This document shows positions 47,386 to 56,082 of a DNA stretch of 56,082 nucleotides, one piece after another. The DNA comes from an uncultured Enterovirga sp. (GTDB lineage: Bacteria; Pseudomonadota; Alphaproteobacteria; Rhizobiales; Beijerinckiaceae), in NCBI GenBank assembly GCA_964250725.1, contig CAXUHE010000002.1, positions 7,532 to 63,613 of the forward strand, read 5' to 3'. A model generated the notes under the pieces. The model did no database searches, was not told the origin of the DNA, and was given only the letters and a program-made list of their open reading frames with translations. The position numbers were made by a program, and so were the translations under genes. Positions within the stretch are counted from its first letter, which is position 1. The number at the start of each line of letters is the position of its first letter.

Positions 47386-49260
47386 ATGCACACGAGCCCG
47401 GACGTCGTTCCGGACGGCGACGCATCGATGGCCGCGAATGCCGAAGCGGTAGCGTGGTCGGCATTCACCGATCCCACCAGTTCCGCGGAGTTCCGGGCGG
47501 CGTGGTTGGCGCTCCAATGCGGGTTCGTGCCGGGCGTCCGCACCGGGCTGCTGCTCGTCGCACAGGAGGGTGTCTTTCGCCCCGCCGCGATCTGGCCGAA
47601 CGCCCTCACAGACGTCACGCATCTCGGCGAGATCGCCGAGCGCGCCCTGCGGGAACGTCGTGGGGCCGTCCACGTGGCCGCCCCGACACCGAACGATCCG
47701 ACGGGTCGCGTCATGGTCGCCTACCCGCTCCAGAACGACGACGTGACGCACGGGGTCGTGGTGCTGGACGTTGCTAATCTGCCCGGCTCCGACATCCGGG
47801 ACGTTTCGCGCGCCTTGCACTGGGGGGCGAGCGCCCTCAACACATCGTTCCGACGTGACTCGGCCGAAGATTCGGAAGGCCGTCTGGGTCGCGCGATGGC
47901 GGTTCTCGATCTGCTCGCGGTGGCCGAGGACCAGCCCTCGCTTCAGGGCAGTTCGTTCGCCCTGGTGAACGAGGTCGCCAAGCATCTCGCCTGCCGACGC
48001 GTCGCGTTGGGGCTACGCCGGGGAAGCCGCGTACGGCTGCGAGCGGTCTCGCATGCCGCGTGGTTCGACCGTCGGTCCGACCTCGCGCGGGCGCTGGAAG
48101 CCGCGATGCAAGAGGCGCTGGACCAGAACGCCTCGGTGGCGTGGCCCCCGGTCGGCGATGCGGCGCGTCGTGTTGCGGCTGCACATCGAGCGCTGATCGA
48201 GGCGTCGGTCGCGGGAGCTGGAGCCAGCCTCTCGGGCGCCTCGGTCATCCTGCGCCACGCCGGACGTGCGATCGGGGTGCTGACGATGGAGCGTGACGCG
48301 CCGTTCGCCGAGGCCGAACTCGCCCTCGCGGACCTGATCGGACGAACCACGGGGCCGCTGATCGCATTGACGGCCCGTGCCGAACGGCCGCTGGCCGGGT
48401 CGATGGCGGACGCGACCGGCCGTGGCTTGCGGGCGGTTTTCGGTCCGCGGCAGCCGGCGCTGAAGCTCGGTCTCGTGATGGGCGCAGCACTCGTGTCCAC
48501 GCTCCTCCTCGTCGAAGGACCGTTCCGGATCAGCGCGAAATCGGTGCTGGAGGGAGCGGTCCAGCGTGCCGCGGTCGCGCCATTTCAGGGCTATATCGCG
48601 CAAGCCCCCGTGAGGGCCGGCGACACCGTATCGGCCGGCCAGATCCTGGCTCTCCTCGATGATGCGGATCTCCGCCTGGAGCGCGTCAAGGCGGAGAGCG
48701 AACTCGCCAAGCTCGATCAGCGCCGACGCGAGGCCCAAGCCAAGCACGATCGTGCCACGCTCGGCATCGTGGCCGCTCAGATCGCGCAAGCCGAGGCCGA
48801 GCACAACCTCGCCTCCGAGAAGCTCGCCCGCACCCGCATCCTCGCGCCGATCGACGGGCTGGTGGTCTCCGGAGACCTCAGCCAGATGCTCGGATCGCCG
48901 ATCGAGCAGGGCAAGGTGCTGTTCGAGATCGCGCCGCTCCACAATTACCGGCTCGTCCTTCAGATCGACGAGGGCGACATCCGTTACGTCGAACTCGGGC
49001 AGAACGGTGCTTTGACGCTGACCGGCAATGCGGAGACCCGCATCCCGTTCACGATCGGGAAGATCACCGCCGTCTCGAGCCCTGGCGAAGGCCGCAATAC
49101 GTTTCGGGTCGAAGCCTCCCTCGACGAGACGCGCCTTCCGCTCCGGCCCGGCATGGAGGGAGTCGCGAAGGTCATCATAGGCGAGCGCCCGCTGCTCTGG
49201 GTGTGGACGCGCTCGCTCGTGGCGCGGCTGCGACTGTTCGCCTGGATGTGGATGCCGTGA
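47386..49260 (+). CDS. GAF-like domain(s) plus HlyD/RND membrane-fusion (periplasmic adaptor) protein (start 47380 or 47386)
   Basis: GAF-like N-terminal half (AYPLQ...GVVVL; AMQEALDQ...GRAIGVLTMER), one TM (LGLVMGAALVSTLLLV), lipoyl-like halves APFQGYI...VRAGDTVSAGQ and ILAPIDGLVV, coiled hairpin and LRPGMEG. Confidence 0.85.
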   Translation: MHTSPDVVPDGDASMAANAEAVAWSAFTDPTSSAEFRAAWLALQCGFVPGVRTGLLLVAQEGVFRPAAIWPNALTDVTHLGEIAERALRERRGAVHVAAPTPNDPTGRVMVAYPLQNDDVTHGVVVLDVANLPGSDIRDVSRALHWGASALNTSFRRDSAEDSEGRLGRAMAVLDLLAVAEDQPSLQGSSFALVNEVAKHLACRRVALGLRRGSRVRLRAVSHAAWFDRRSDLARALEAAMQEALDQNASVAWPPVGDAARRVAAAHRALIEASVAGAGASLSGASVILRHAGRAIGVLTMERDAPFAEAELALADLIGRTTGPLIALTARAERPLAGSMADATGRGLRAVFGPRQPALKLGLVMGAALVSTLLLVEGPFRISAKSVLEGAVQRAAVAPFQGYIAQAPVRAGDTVSAGQILALLDDADLRLERVKAESELAKLDQRRREAQAKHDRATLGIVAAQIAQAEAEHNLASEKLARTRILAPIDGLVVSGDLSQMLGSPIEQGKVLFEIAPLHNYRLVLQIDEGDIRYVELGQNGALTLTGNAETRIPFTIGKITAVSSPGEGRNTFRVEASLDETRLPLRPGMEGVAKVIIGERPLLWVWTRSLVARLRLFAWMWMP

Positions 49261-49270
49261 GCTCTGCCCC

Positions 49271-51415
49271 ATGAGCGAGCCGTTCCTGAGTTCCACCTGG
49301 TACCGCGCCGCGGGTCTGAGGCCTCGTCTCCGCCCGCATGTCGAGGTCGTGAGCCACGCCTATGGCGGGCGAAGCTGGTACATCCTGCACGACCGGGCGG
49401 GCGCGCGCACCCACCGGGTCACGCCGGCGAGCTATCTGCTGCTCGGGCGCATGGACGGTGCCACCACGCTGGACGCGATCTGGACGGACGTCGCGGTCCA
49501 GCTCGAGGACGACGCGCCGACCCAGGACGACGTACTGCGCCTCATGGCGCAACTCCACGCCAACGACCTCCTCCAGCTCGACACGCCGCCGCAAGTGTCC
49601 GAACTGCTGGAGCGATACGTCAAGCGACAGCGTCTGCCCTACCTCGCCTTTGTCAAGAACCCGATGTCGGGCAAGATCCCGCTGGTCGATCCCGATCGGA
49701 TGTTGGCAGCCTTGGTGCGGGCCGGCCGGCCGCTGCATGGCTGGCCGCTCACCCTCGCCTGGTTGGCCTGTGTTCTGCCCGCGGCCGCGCTCGTGCCGCT
49801 GCATTGGGCCGAACTCACCGCCAACGTCGCCGATCGGGTGCTCCTGACCCAGAACCTCGTCGCGCTGGCGCTCGTCTATCCGTTCATCAAGTTGATGCAC
49901 GAGATCGGACACGGCTACGCGGTCAAATCATTCGGGGGAGAGGCTCACGAGGCAGGCCTCATGCTGCTCGTCTTCTACCCGACGCCCTATATCGATGCGT
50001 CCGCATCGTTGGCGCTACCGAACAGGTTTGCGCGCGCGCTCGTGGGCGTCGCCGGGGTCGCGGTCGAGATGGTGCTCGCCGCCCTCTCATTCTATCTCTG
50101 GTCGCTCGCCGAGACCGGGTGGGTCCGCGCCATCGCTTTCGACGTCATGCTGATCGCCGGCGTGTCGACACTCGTCGTCAACGGCAACCCACTTCTCAGG
50201 TTCGATGCCTACTACATTCTGACTGATCTCCTCGAGATACCCAATCTCGGAGCCCGGTCGGGCAAATACTGGACGGCGCTCGTCGATCGCTACGCGTTCG
50301 GCGCGCGCGATCGCACGACGGACGCGACCAGCCGCGAGGCCGGGTGGTTCCTGGTCTACGCACCCGCGGCCTTCGCATACCGATTGCTCATCACCTTCAC
50401 GATCGCGCTGTTCGTCGCCAGCGAGTTCCTGGCAGCCGGTGTGGCCCTCGCCGCCTGGTCACTGTTCTTCGGTATCGTCATGCCGGTCGTGCGTGGGTTC
50501 CGGCACGTCGTCACGGGGGCTGAACTGCATCGCAATCGCCGGCGCGCATTGACGGTGACGATGGCCGGGCTTGCCGGTCTGGGTCTCGCGATCTTCGCTC
50601 TGCCTCTCCCGATGCACACGAATGCCGAGGGCGTGATCTGGCTCCCCGACGAGGCGCAGGTGCGTGCCGAAACCACCGGTTTCATCTCACGTCTGCTGGC
50701 CGAGCCGGGCAGCCCAGTCGTGAAGGGTCAGGCGCTGGTCGAGAGCGTCGAACCCCTCCTCGCGGCCGGGATCACGTCGGAGCGCGCCAAGGTCGAGGAG
50801 TTGCAACTTCGCTACGTCGCCGAAAGCGTGACCGATCGGGTCAAGGCCACGATTACCGGCAACGAGCTTGGCGAGACCAGGGCGAAACTGGACCGGCTTG
50901 TCGAGCGCGGCGGCAAGCTGCTCGTGAGGAGCGCATCGGAGGGCACTCTGACAGTGCCGGGCGCCGCCGATCTGCCGGGCCGCTTCTTTCGCGAAGGGCA
51001 GGTCATCGCCTATATCACGCCCCAAGCTGGGCGCACGGTCAGGGTGGTCGTGACGCAAGACGACATCGATCTCGTGCGGCACCACCTCCTCGGCATCGAG
51101 GCGAAGCTGGCGGGCCGACTGGACGAGACCTTTGCGGGCAACATCGCACGCGAGGTGCCGGCCGCACGCAACGAGGTGCCCAGCCGAGCCCTCGCGAGTT
51201 CCGGCGGCGGGGTTCTGGCGACCGACCCCGGCGATCGCGATGGTCTGCAGGCGCTCCAGAGGCTGTTCCAGTTCGACGTGGCCCTCACGCCCGACCCGGC
51301 GGAGAGCCGGTACGGCGGCCGCGTCTACCTGCGTTTCGTGCACGATCACGAGCCGCTCGGTTTTCAGCTGTATCGCCGTCTCCGGCAGCTCTTCCTGTCG
51401 CGCTTCGGCGCGTGA
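49271..51415 (+). CDS. PqqD/RRE-like N-terminus, M50 (site-2-protease-like) membrane domain and HlyD-like adaptor, fused in one protein
   Basis: N-terminal YILHD...YLLLGRMDGATTLDAIW...VLRLMAQLHANDLL; HEIGH (49898-49912) and NGNPLLRFDA (50180-50209) among several TMs; C-terminal VRAETTGFI...GSPVVKGQAL, coiled coil and VRSASEG. Confidence 0.85.
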   Translation: MSEPFLSSTWYRAAGLRPRLRPHVEVVSHAYGGRSWYILHDRAGARTHRVTPASYLLLGRMDGATTLDAIWTDVAVQLEDDAPTQDDVLRLMAQLHANDLLQLDTPPQVSELLERYVKRQRLPYLAFVKNPMSGKIPLVDPDRMLAALVRAGRPLHGWPLTLAWLACVLPAAALVPLHWAELTANVADRVLLTQNLVALALVYPFIKLMHEIGHGYAVKSFGGEAHEAGLMLLVFYPTPYIDASASLALPNRFARALVGVAGVAVEMVLAALSFYLWSLAETGWVRAIAFDVMLIAGVSTLVVNGNPLLRFDAYYILTDLLEIPNLGARSGKYWTALVDRYAFGARDRTTDATSREAGWFLVYAPAAFAYRLLITFTIALFVASEFLAAGVALAAWSLFFGIVMPVVRGFRHVVTGAELHRNRRRALTVTMAGLAGLGLAIFALPLPMHTNAEGVIWLPDEAQVRAETTGFISRLLAEPGSPVVKGQALVESVEPLLAAGITSERAKVEELQLRYVAESVTDRVKATITGNELGETRAKLDRLVERGGKLLVRSASEGTLTVPGAADLPGRFFREGQVIAYITPQAGRTVRVVVTQDDIDLVRHHLLGIEAKLAGRLDETFAGNIAREVPAARNEVPSRALASSGGGVLATDPGDRDGLQALQRLFQFDVALTPDPAESRYGGRVYLRFVHDHEPLGFQLYRRLRQLFLSRFGA

Positions 51416-51461
51416 GGCCATCGAGGTGGTGCCCACCCGATCGGACATCCTGCGGCCGTGG

Positions 51462-53432
51462 ATGAGCGACGCTTTGCTGGTGTCGCCCTATCCCGAGCGC
51501 CAGCCTCCGGTGGCCGGTCCGCTGGACGAGTTCGTGTCCGATCTCGGGCGTATCGTGGCGTCGCCGTTCAGGGCCGGGCTCGCGTCGCCGCGACCCATCG
51601 TGCGGGCTGCCGAGTTGGCGCGCCACCGATTGCGCGACCTCTCGGACGAGGCGCTCACGGCGAGCGTCACCGCCGTTCGCGCGCGCCTCATCCGTGACGG
51701 GCTCACGCGATCTCTCGTCGGCGAGACCTTCGCGCATGTGCGGGAGGCGACGCGGCGTCATCTCGGCTTCGAGCATCATCCCGTGCAGCTCATGGGCGGC
51801 TACGTGATGCTGCGGGGGCGTATGGCGGAGATGCGGACCGGAGAGGGGAAGACCGTGACAGCGCTTCTCTGCGCCGCTACCGCGGCTTTGGCCGGCATGC
51901 CGGTTCACGTGGTCACGGTGAACGAATATCTGGCAGCCCGCGACGCGGACGAACTCGGACCAATCTACCGCGCTCTCGGTCTTTCGGTCGGGCTCGCGCA
52001 GCATGGACAGGACCCGCCGGTACGCCGTGCCGCCTACGCGGCCGACGTCACGTACTGCACCAACAAGGAGCTCGTCTTCGATTATCTCCGCGACCGGATC
52101 GCTGCTCGCGTCCGGCCGTCACGATCTCGCCAGCTCGTCGGCGACGTCCTCGGGACGACCCGGACCACGGAGCCTCTGCTGCTGCGCGGGTTGCATTGCG
52201 CTTTCGTGGACGAAGCCGATAGCATTCTGGTGGACGAGGCGAGGACCCCCCTCATCATCTCGGCCCCGACCGACCCGGGACACGGCGACGCGCGCGTGAT
52301 CGAGGCGCTCTCGATCGCCGGCCGCCTCGTGCCCGGGCATGACTTCGTCATCCAGCCGGCCGACAAGCTCGTGTTCCTCACCTCGATCGGCCGCAAGGCC
52401 GCCGAGGCCCTCTCGGCTCGAGCAGAGGGTCTCTGGCGGTCGCGTCGGGCGCGCGAGGAGTTGCTGACGCAGGCGCTGTCGGCCCTGCACGTTTTTCGGC
52501 GCGATCACCAGTACATCGTCAACGAGGGCGCGGTTCAGATCGTGGACGAGTACACGGGCCGCGTGATGGCGGACCGCAAATGGCAGCGCGGCCTCCAGCA
52601 GCTCATCGAAGCCAAGGAGGGCTGTGCGCCGAGCGAAGGTCGCGAGACGATCGCGCAGGTGACCTACCAGCGCTTCTTCCGCCGATACCTATGGCTCGGC
52701 GGGATGACAGGGACGGCGCGCGAAGTCTCGGCCGAACTCGGTCGCATCTACGGTCTGGAGGTGGTTCCCATCCCGACCCACGAGCCGAACCGGAGGCGAG
52801 AGGGACGAACCCGTTTCTACCGGTCATCGCAGGCGCGATGGGACGCCGTCGTCGCCTCGACCCGTGAGAAGGTCGAGTCCGGCCGCCCCGTGCTGATCGG
52901 CACCCGCTCGGTCGCGGCATCCGAGCACATCGCAGATCGGCTCCGGTCGGAGGGACTCGCGGCGGTCGTGCTGAATGCCCGGCAGGATCGGGACGAGGCC
53001 GAGACGGTCGCGGCAGCCGGCCTGCCCAGTCGGATCACGGTCGCGACCAACATGGCCGGCCGAGGAACCGACATCCGCCCGGCCGGCGACGTTCTCGCGC
53101 AGGGCGGCCTTCACGTGATCCTGACCGAGTTCCACGAATCGGCCCGGATCGATCGCCAGCTGTTCGGCCGGACGGGACGTCAGGGCAATCCTGGTACGGC
53201 GGAAGCTCTCGTGTCGCTGGACGACGAGTTGTTTCGACACTACTCGGCCCGTCCCGCCGCGTGGCTCATGCGCTTCTATCCGGGAGGCCGCATACCGCCT
53301 GCGCTCGGTTCGCTTCTGAGAGGGATTGCGCAATGGCGTGCGGAGCACATGCACGCCCGCATGCGTCGGGATACGTTTCGACGCAGCCAACAGCAGGAGA
53401 AGGCTTATGGTTTCATGAGTTGGAGCGAGTGA
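51462..53432 (+). CDS. Accessory SecA-like (SecA_DEAD) ATPase lacking the C-terminal wing/scaffold region, about 656 aa (alternative GTG starts 51426/51429)
   Basis: AEMRTGEGKT, VHVVTVNEYLAARD, FDYLRD, VDEADSILVDEARTPLIIS, IVDEYTGR...GLQQLIEAKEG, GMTGTA, ATNMAGRGTDI and HESARIDRQLFGRTGRQG. The protein ends about 70 aa after VSLDDEL. Confidence 0.9.
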   Translation: MSDALLVSPYPERQPPVAGPLDEFVSDLGRIVASPFRAGLASPRPIVRAAELARHRLRDLSDEALTASVTAVRARLIRDGLTRSLVGETFAHVREATRRHLGFEHHPVQLMGGYVMLRGRMAEMRTGEGKTVTALLCAATAALAGMPVHVVTVNEYLAARDADELGPIYRALGLSVGLAQHGQDPPVRRAAYAADVTYCTNKELVFDYLRDRIAARVRPSRSRQLVGDVLGTTRTTEPLLLRGLHCAFVDEADSILVDEARTPLIISAPTDPGHGDARVIEALSIAGRLVPGHDFVIQPADKLVFLTSIGRKAAEALSARAEGLWRSRRAREELLTQALSALHVFRRDHQYIVNEGAVQIVDEYTGRVMADRKWQRGLQQLIEAKEGCAPSEGRETIAQVTYQRFFRRYLWLGGMTGTAREVSAELGRIYGLEVVPIPTHEPNRRREGRTRFYRSSQARWDAVVASTREKVESGRPVLIGTRSVAASEHIADRLRSEGLAAVVLNARQDRDEAETVAAAGLPSRITVATNMAGRGTDIRPAGDVLAQGGLHVILTEFHESARIDRQLFGRTGRQGNPGTAEALVSLDDELFRHYSARPAAWLMRFYPGGRIPPALGSLLRGIAQWRAEHMHARMRRDTFRRSQQQEKAYGFMSWSE

Positions 53433-53474
53433 GGCGAGGCCACGTCGATACGCCGGACGCGCCGAGCGGAGCAT

Positions 53475-54404
53475 TCACTCGTTCGATGAGACTTCGGCGG
53501 CCGGCACGCCGGGGCGAAGCGGCGCGAACAGGATCTTGCACCGCAGGCCCGCGGGAAGAACGTTGCCGGGATTGGGCAGGACAAGCCTCACCCCGAAGGT
53601 GCCACTCGCCGCATCGAGCACGTGATCGACGACCTTGACCGTCGCGGTGTAAGTTCCGCCTACCGGATCCTCCGGCATGACCTGCGCGGTCAATCCGGGC
53701 ACCGTCTGACCGAAATAACCGATCGGAACGAACACCTCGACATTCAGGGGATCGATCTTGGCGACGGTCAAAATCTGTGACTGCTCGCTCCGATATTCTC
53801 CGGCCGACATGGTGCGTTCGACCACCACTCCATCGATCGGGCTCGCGATGCGACGCTGGAGTAGCTGCGACTCGGCCCGTTTGAGCTCCTGACGAGCGAG
53901 TTCCTGATTGTAATGGGCATCGACGGCATTCATCTCGGCCACGCGCGCGTCCGTCTCGCTCTCATCGAGCGACGCCGCGGCCACGATATTGCCGGCCCGC
54001 AACTTCTCCTGGCGGGCGACCTTGCGGCGCAGGAACTCTGTTCTGCTCTGGTTGGATCGTATCAGTGCGTCGTTGTCGGCGCGTATCCGGGCCAGCGCGA
54101 CGTTCGCGACCTCCACGTCCGACTCGAGCTCGGCGACCACCTGACCGACCTTGACGGGGTCTCCCCGGTCCACATTGACACGGCTGATCACGCCGGCGAC
54201 CGGCGCACTCAGCTTGGTCGTAACCTGGGCCTCCATGAGGCAATCGAGCTTATCGCTCGATAATCTCGGTGCCGCCACAGCTTGTCCGACAGGATACGAA
54301 ACCATAACGGCAATCGTCAGATAGAAGATGTAGTGATACACTCGGATCGCTTCAAGTCGATACACATCATGTCTCCACGAGGAATTCTCAAGACCATGGA
54401 CCAT
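53475..54404 (-). CDS. Efflux RND/HlyD-type periplasmic adaptor (MFP) with N-terminal signal/anchor (start uncertain)
   Basis: Hydrophobic YIFYLTIAVMVSYPVGQAVAA, LSAPVAGVI...VDRGDPVKVGQ, coiled coil, IASPIDGVV, LDAASGTFGVR and LPAGL. Confidence 0.87.
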   Translation of the reverse strand: MVHGLENSSWRHDVYRLEAIRVYHYIFYLTIAVMVSYPVGQAVAAPRLSSDKLDCLMEAQVTTKLSAPVAGVISRVNVDRGDPVKVGQVVAELESDVEVANVALARIRADNDALIRSNQSRTEFLRRKVARQEKLRAGNIVAAASLDESETDARVAEMNAVDAHYNQELARQELKRAESQLLQRRIASPIDGVVVERTMSAGEYRSEQSQILTVAKIDPLNVEVFVPIGYFGQTVPGLTAQVMPEDPVGGTYTATVKVVDHVLDAASGTFGVRLVLPNPGNVLPAGLRCKILFAPLRPGVPAAEVSSNE

Positions 54405-55193
54405 GCTGAGCCTCCAATCATTCTGAAGCTAACATACCGAACATAATCGACTTCTTGGTCTCGCATTGTATGATCTTAGGATATCGCGATGCCCGTGTCG
54501 CCAAGCTCTGTTCTGACATCAACGTGACACTTGCCTGGTTCGTCAGAAGATCTCGTGGATGAGGTGACACTCAAGTGCGAACGCTCCGCAATCACGTCAC
54601 GCAGAATGTTGACGCTCCAAGGGGAAGGCACGGACGCGAGATCGAGCCATCGTTGTGAAACGTGATGTCACCGCGTCGACGGCACGCTATGTACCCTGCT
54701 GTGCATTGGCAACCCATCATGCTCGCCAAGCGAGGCTTCGAGCCCGTCCGACTGCCCGCCAGCTTGCAAACCCACTATAGCCGACGGTATACAGCGGCAG
54801 CCTATGGATACCCTCCAAGTGTCCGCGCAAGAAGCCCGACATGACCTACGTCGCCGGGCCGCACGCGTTCGGGCACACCTTCCTGGATGGAGCCGAAGCG
54901 ACCCATCATCTCGGCGGCCAGTGGGTCGTGCTCGCTCGGAAAGGTCTTCACCCGTGAAGGGTCAAGTCCTAGCTGACGGCGGCACGGGGGCATCTGCGCA
55001 GGCGTGCCCGAATGCGCAGGCCATGGACCCGGCGTTGCCCTTCGGAGGTTACGACATGGAGCGGCTATGACCGCGTATCCGGCATACGGCACGTCGAGGA
55101 TTACCTCAGCGTGACGGCGATCTAGATCAGAACTGCCTGAGCGGCGCGCCTGAATGGGCACGGGTCTCGGGCGACAGACGGAAGGAATCATCG

Positions 55194-56082
55194 ATGGCAC
55201 ATGAGCTTCAGTTCTACATCGACGGCGCGTGGGTCGATCCAGCCTCTCCCAACCCGCTCGACGTGATCGACCCCTCGACAGAGGAGGCCTTCGCTCAGAT
55301 CTCGCTCGGCCAGAAGGCCGATGTCGACAAGGCGGTCGCGGCCGCGAAACGCGCCTTCCGGAGCTATTCGCGGACGAGCCCGGCCGAGCGGGCCGACCTC
55401 CTTCGCCGCATCATCGCGGTCTACAAGAAGCGCAGCGACGACCTCGCGCTCGCGGTCTCCCGCGAGATGGGCGCGCCGCGTTCCTTCGCGCGCGGAGCCC
55501 AGGTGGGGATCGGTCTCGCGCATCTCCAGAAGATCGCCGAAGTGCTGGAGACGTTCCCGTTCGAGCACCGCAAGGGCACGTCGCTCGTGGTGAAGGAGCC
55601 GGTGGGCGTCGTCGGTCTGATCACGCCGTGGAACTGGCCGCTGAACCAGATCACCTGCAAGGTCGGGCCAGCCCTCGCGGCCGGCTGCACGATGGTGCTG
55701 AAGCCCTCCGAGATCGCGCCTCTCGACGCGATCATCTTCGCGGAGATCCTGGACGAGGCCGGCGTTCCGGCAGGCGTGTTCAACCTCGTGAACGGCGACG
55801 GGCCGACCGTCGGGCAGGCCCTCGCCACCCACCCCGACATCGACATGATGTCGTTCACGGGCTCGACCCGGGCGGGCATCCTGGTCGCGAAGGCCGCGGC
55901 CGACACGGTGAAGCGCGTGCACCAGGAGCTCGGCGGCAAGTCCGCCAACATCCTGATGCCCGACGTCGATATCCGCGACGCGGTCGCGAAGGGTGTGGCC
56001 GGCTGCTTCGGCAATTCGGGTCAGTCCTGCAACGCGCCGACCCGGATGTTCGTGCCGCGCGACCGACAGGGCGAGGCGGTCG
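55194..56082 (+). CDS. Aldehyde dehydrogenase family protein, 3'-truncated by the window edge (absent from the ORF track)
   Basis: My translation from ATG 55194 (after AAGGA) gives MAHELQFYIDGAWV...EPVGVVGLITPWNWP...LKPSE...SFTGST...QELGGKSA...GQSCNAPTR. Confidence 0.93.
   Translation, partial: MAHELQFYIDGAWVDPASPNPLDVIDPSTEEAFAQISLGQKADVDKAVAAAKRAFRSYSRTSPAERADLLRRIIAVYKKRSDDLALAVSREMGAPRSFARGAQVGIGLAHLQKIAEVLETFPFEHRKGTSLVVKEPVGVVGLITPWNWPLNQITCKVGPALAAGCTMVLKPSEIAPLDAIIFAEILDEAGVPAGVFNLVNGDGPTVGQALATHPDIDMMSFTGSTRAGILVAKAAADTVKRVHQELGGKSANILMPDVDIRDAVAKGVAGCFGNSGQSCNAPTRMFVPRDRQGEAV

Larger units (their letters stand above)
12188..55190. mobile_element. Putative tRNA-anchored genomic island (no integrase or att repeat seen; right boundary approximate)
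   Basis: Begins at the tRNA 3' end. Markedly AT-rich stretches at about 12490-12720 and 54250-54540, accessory gene content, and housekeeping-like genes on both sides. Confidence 0.45.

Noticed and set aside
51132-51425. N-terminal extension of the SecA-like ORF to 766 aa
   Set aside because: It overlaps the M50-MFP gene out of frame and has no SecA features. A start at 51426-51462 is more plausible.
54540-55190. Possible pseudogene or transposase remnant (short frames such as KKPDMTYVAGPHAFGHTFLDG...)
   Set aside because: I recognise no family motif, terminal inverted repeats or target duplication. A BLASTX search would be needed.

Overview
High-GC alphaproteobacterial (Rhizobiales/Hyphomicrobiales-like) DNA in two parts. 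Bases 1-12187 are ordinary chromosome: a GGDEF-EAL gene (5'-truncated), an LhgO-family oxidoreductase, a VapBC-type toxin-antitoxin pair, an aldo/keto reductase, pckA, a HugZ-like gene, the chvI-chvG-hprK-EIIA-npr cluster, a GST, an AhpD/CMD gene and tRNA-Glu(CTC). Directly after the tRNA lies a ~43 kb accessory block with AT-rich flanks. It holds an AHL-type LuxR with no luxI in the window and a 33.1 kb gene for an 11,038-aa LEPR-XLL-leader protein. That protein carries 16 PPC-like, 2 LamG, 17 CARDB and 9 He_PIG-like repeats, a short RHS/YD segment, cohesin- and dockerin-like modules, and a Lys-richer 'payload' region with a degenerate hydrolase motif, helical inserts and an HEXXHXXGXXD motif. 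It is followed by a likely dedicated non-canonical export module: DUF3467-like, GAF-MFP, PqqD/RRE-like-M50-MFP, a C-terminally short SecA-like ATPase and a third MFP, with no ABC ATPase or TolC in the window. An aldehyde dehydrogenase gene runs off the right end. All domain calls come from motif reading by eye, not database searches.
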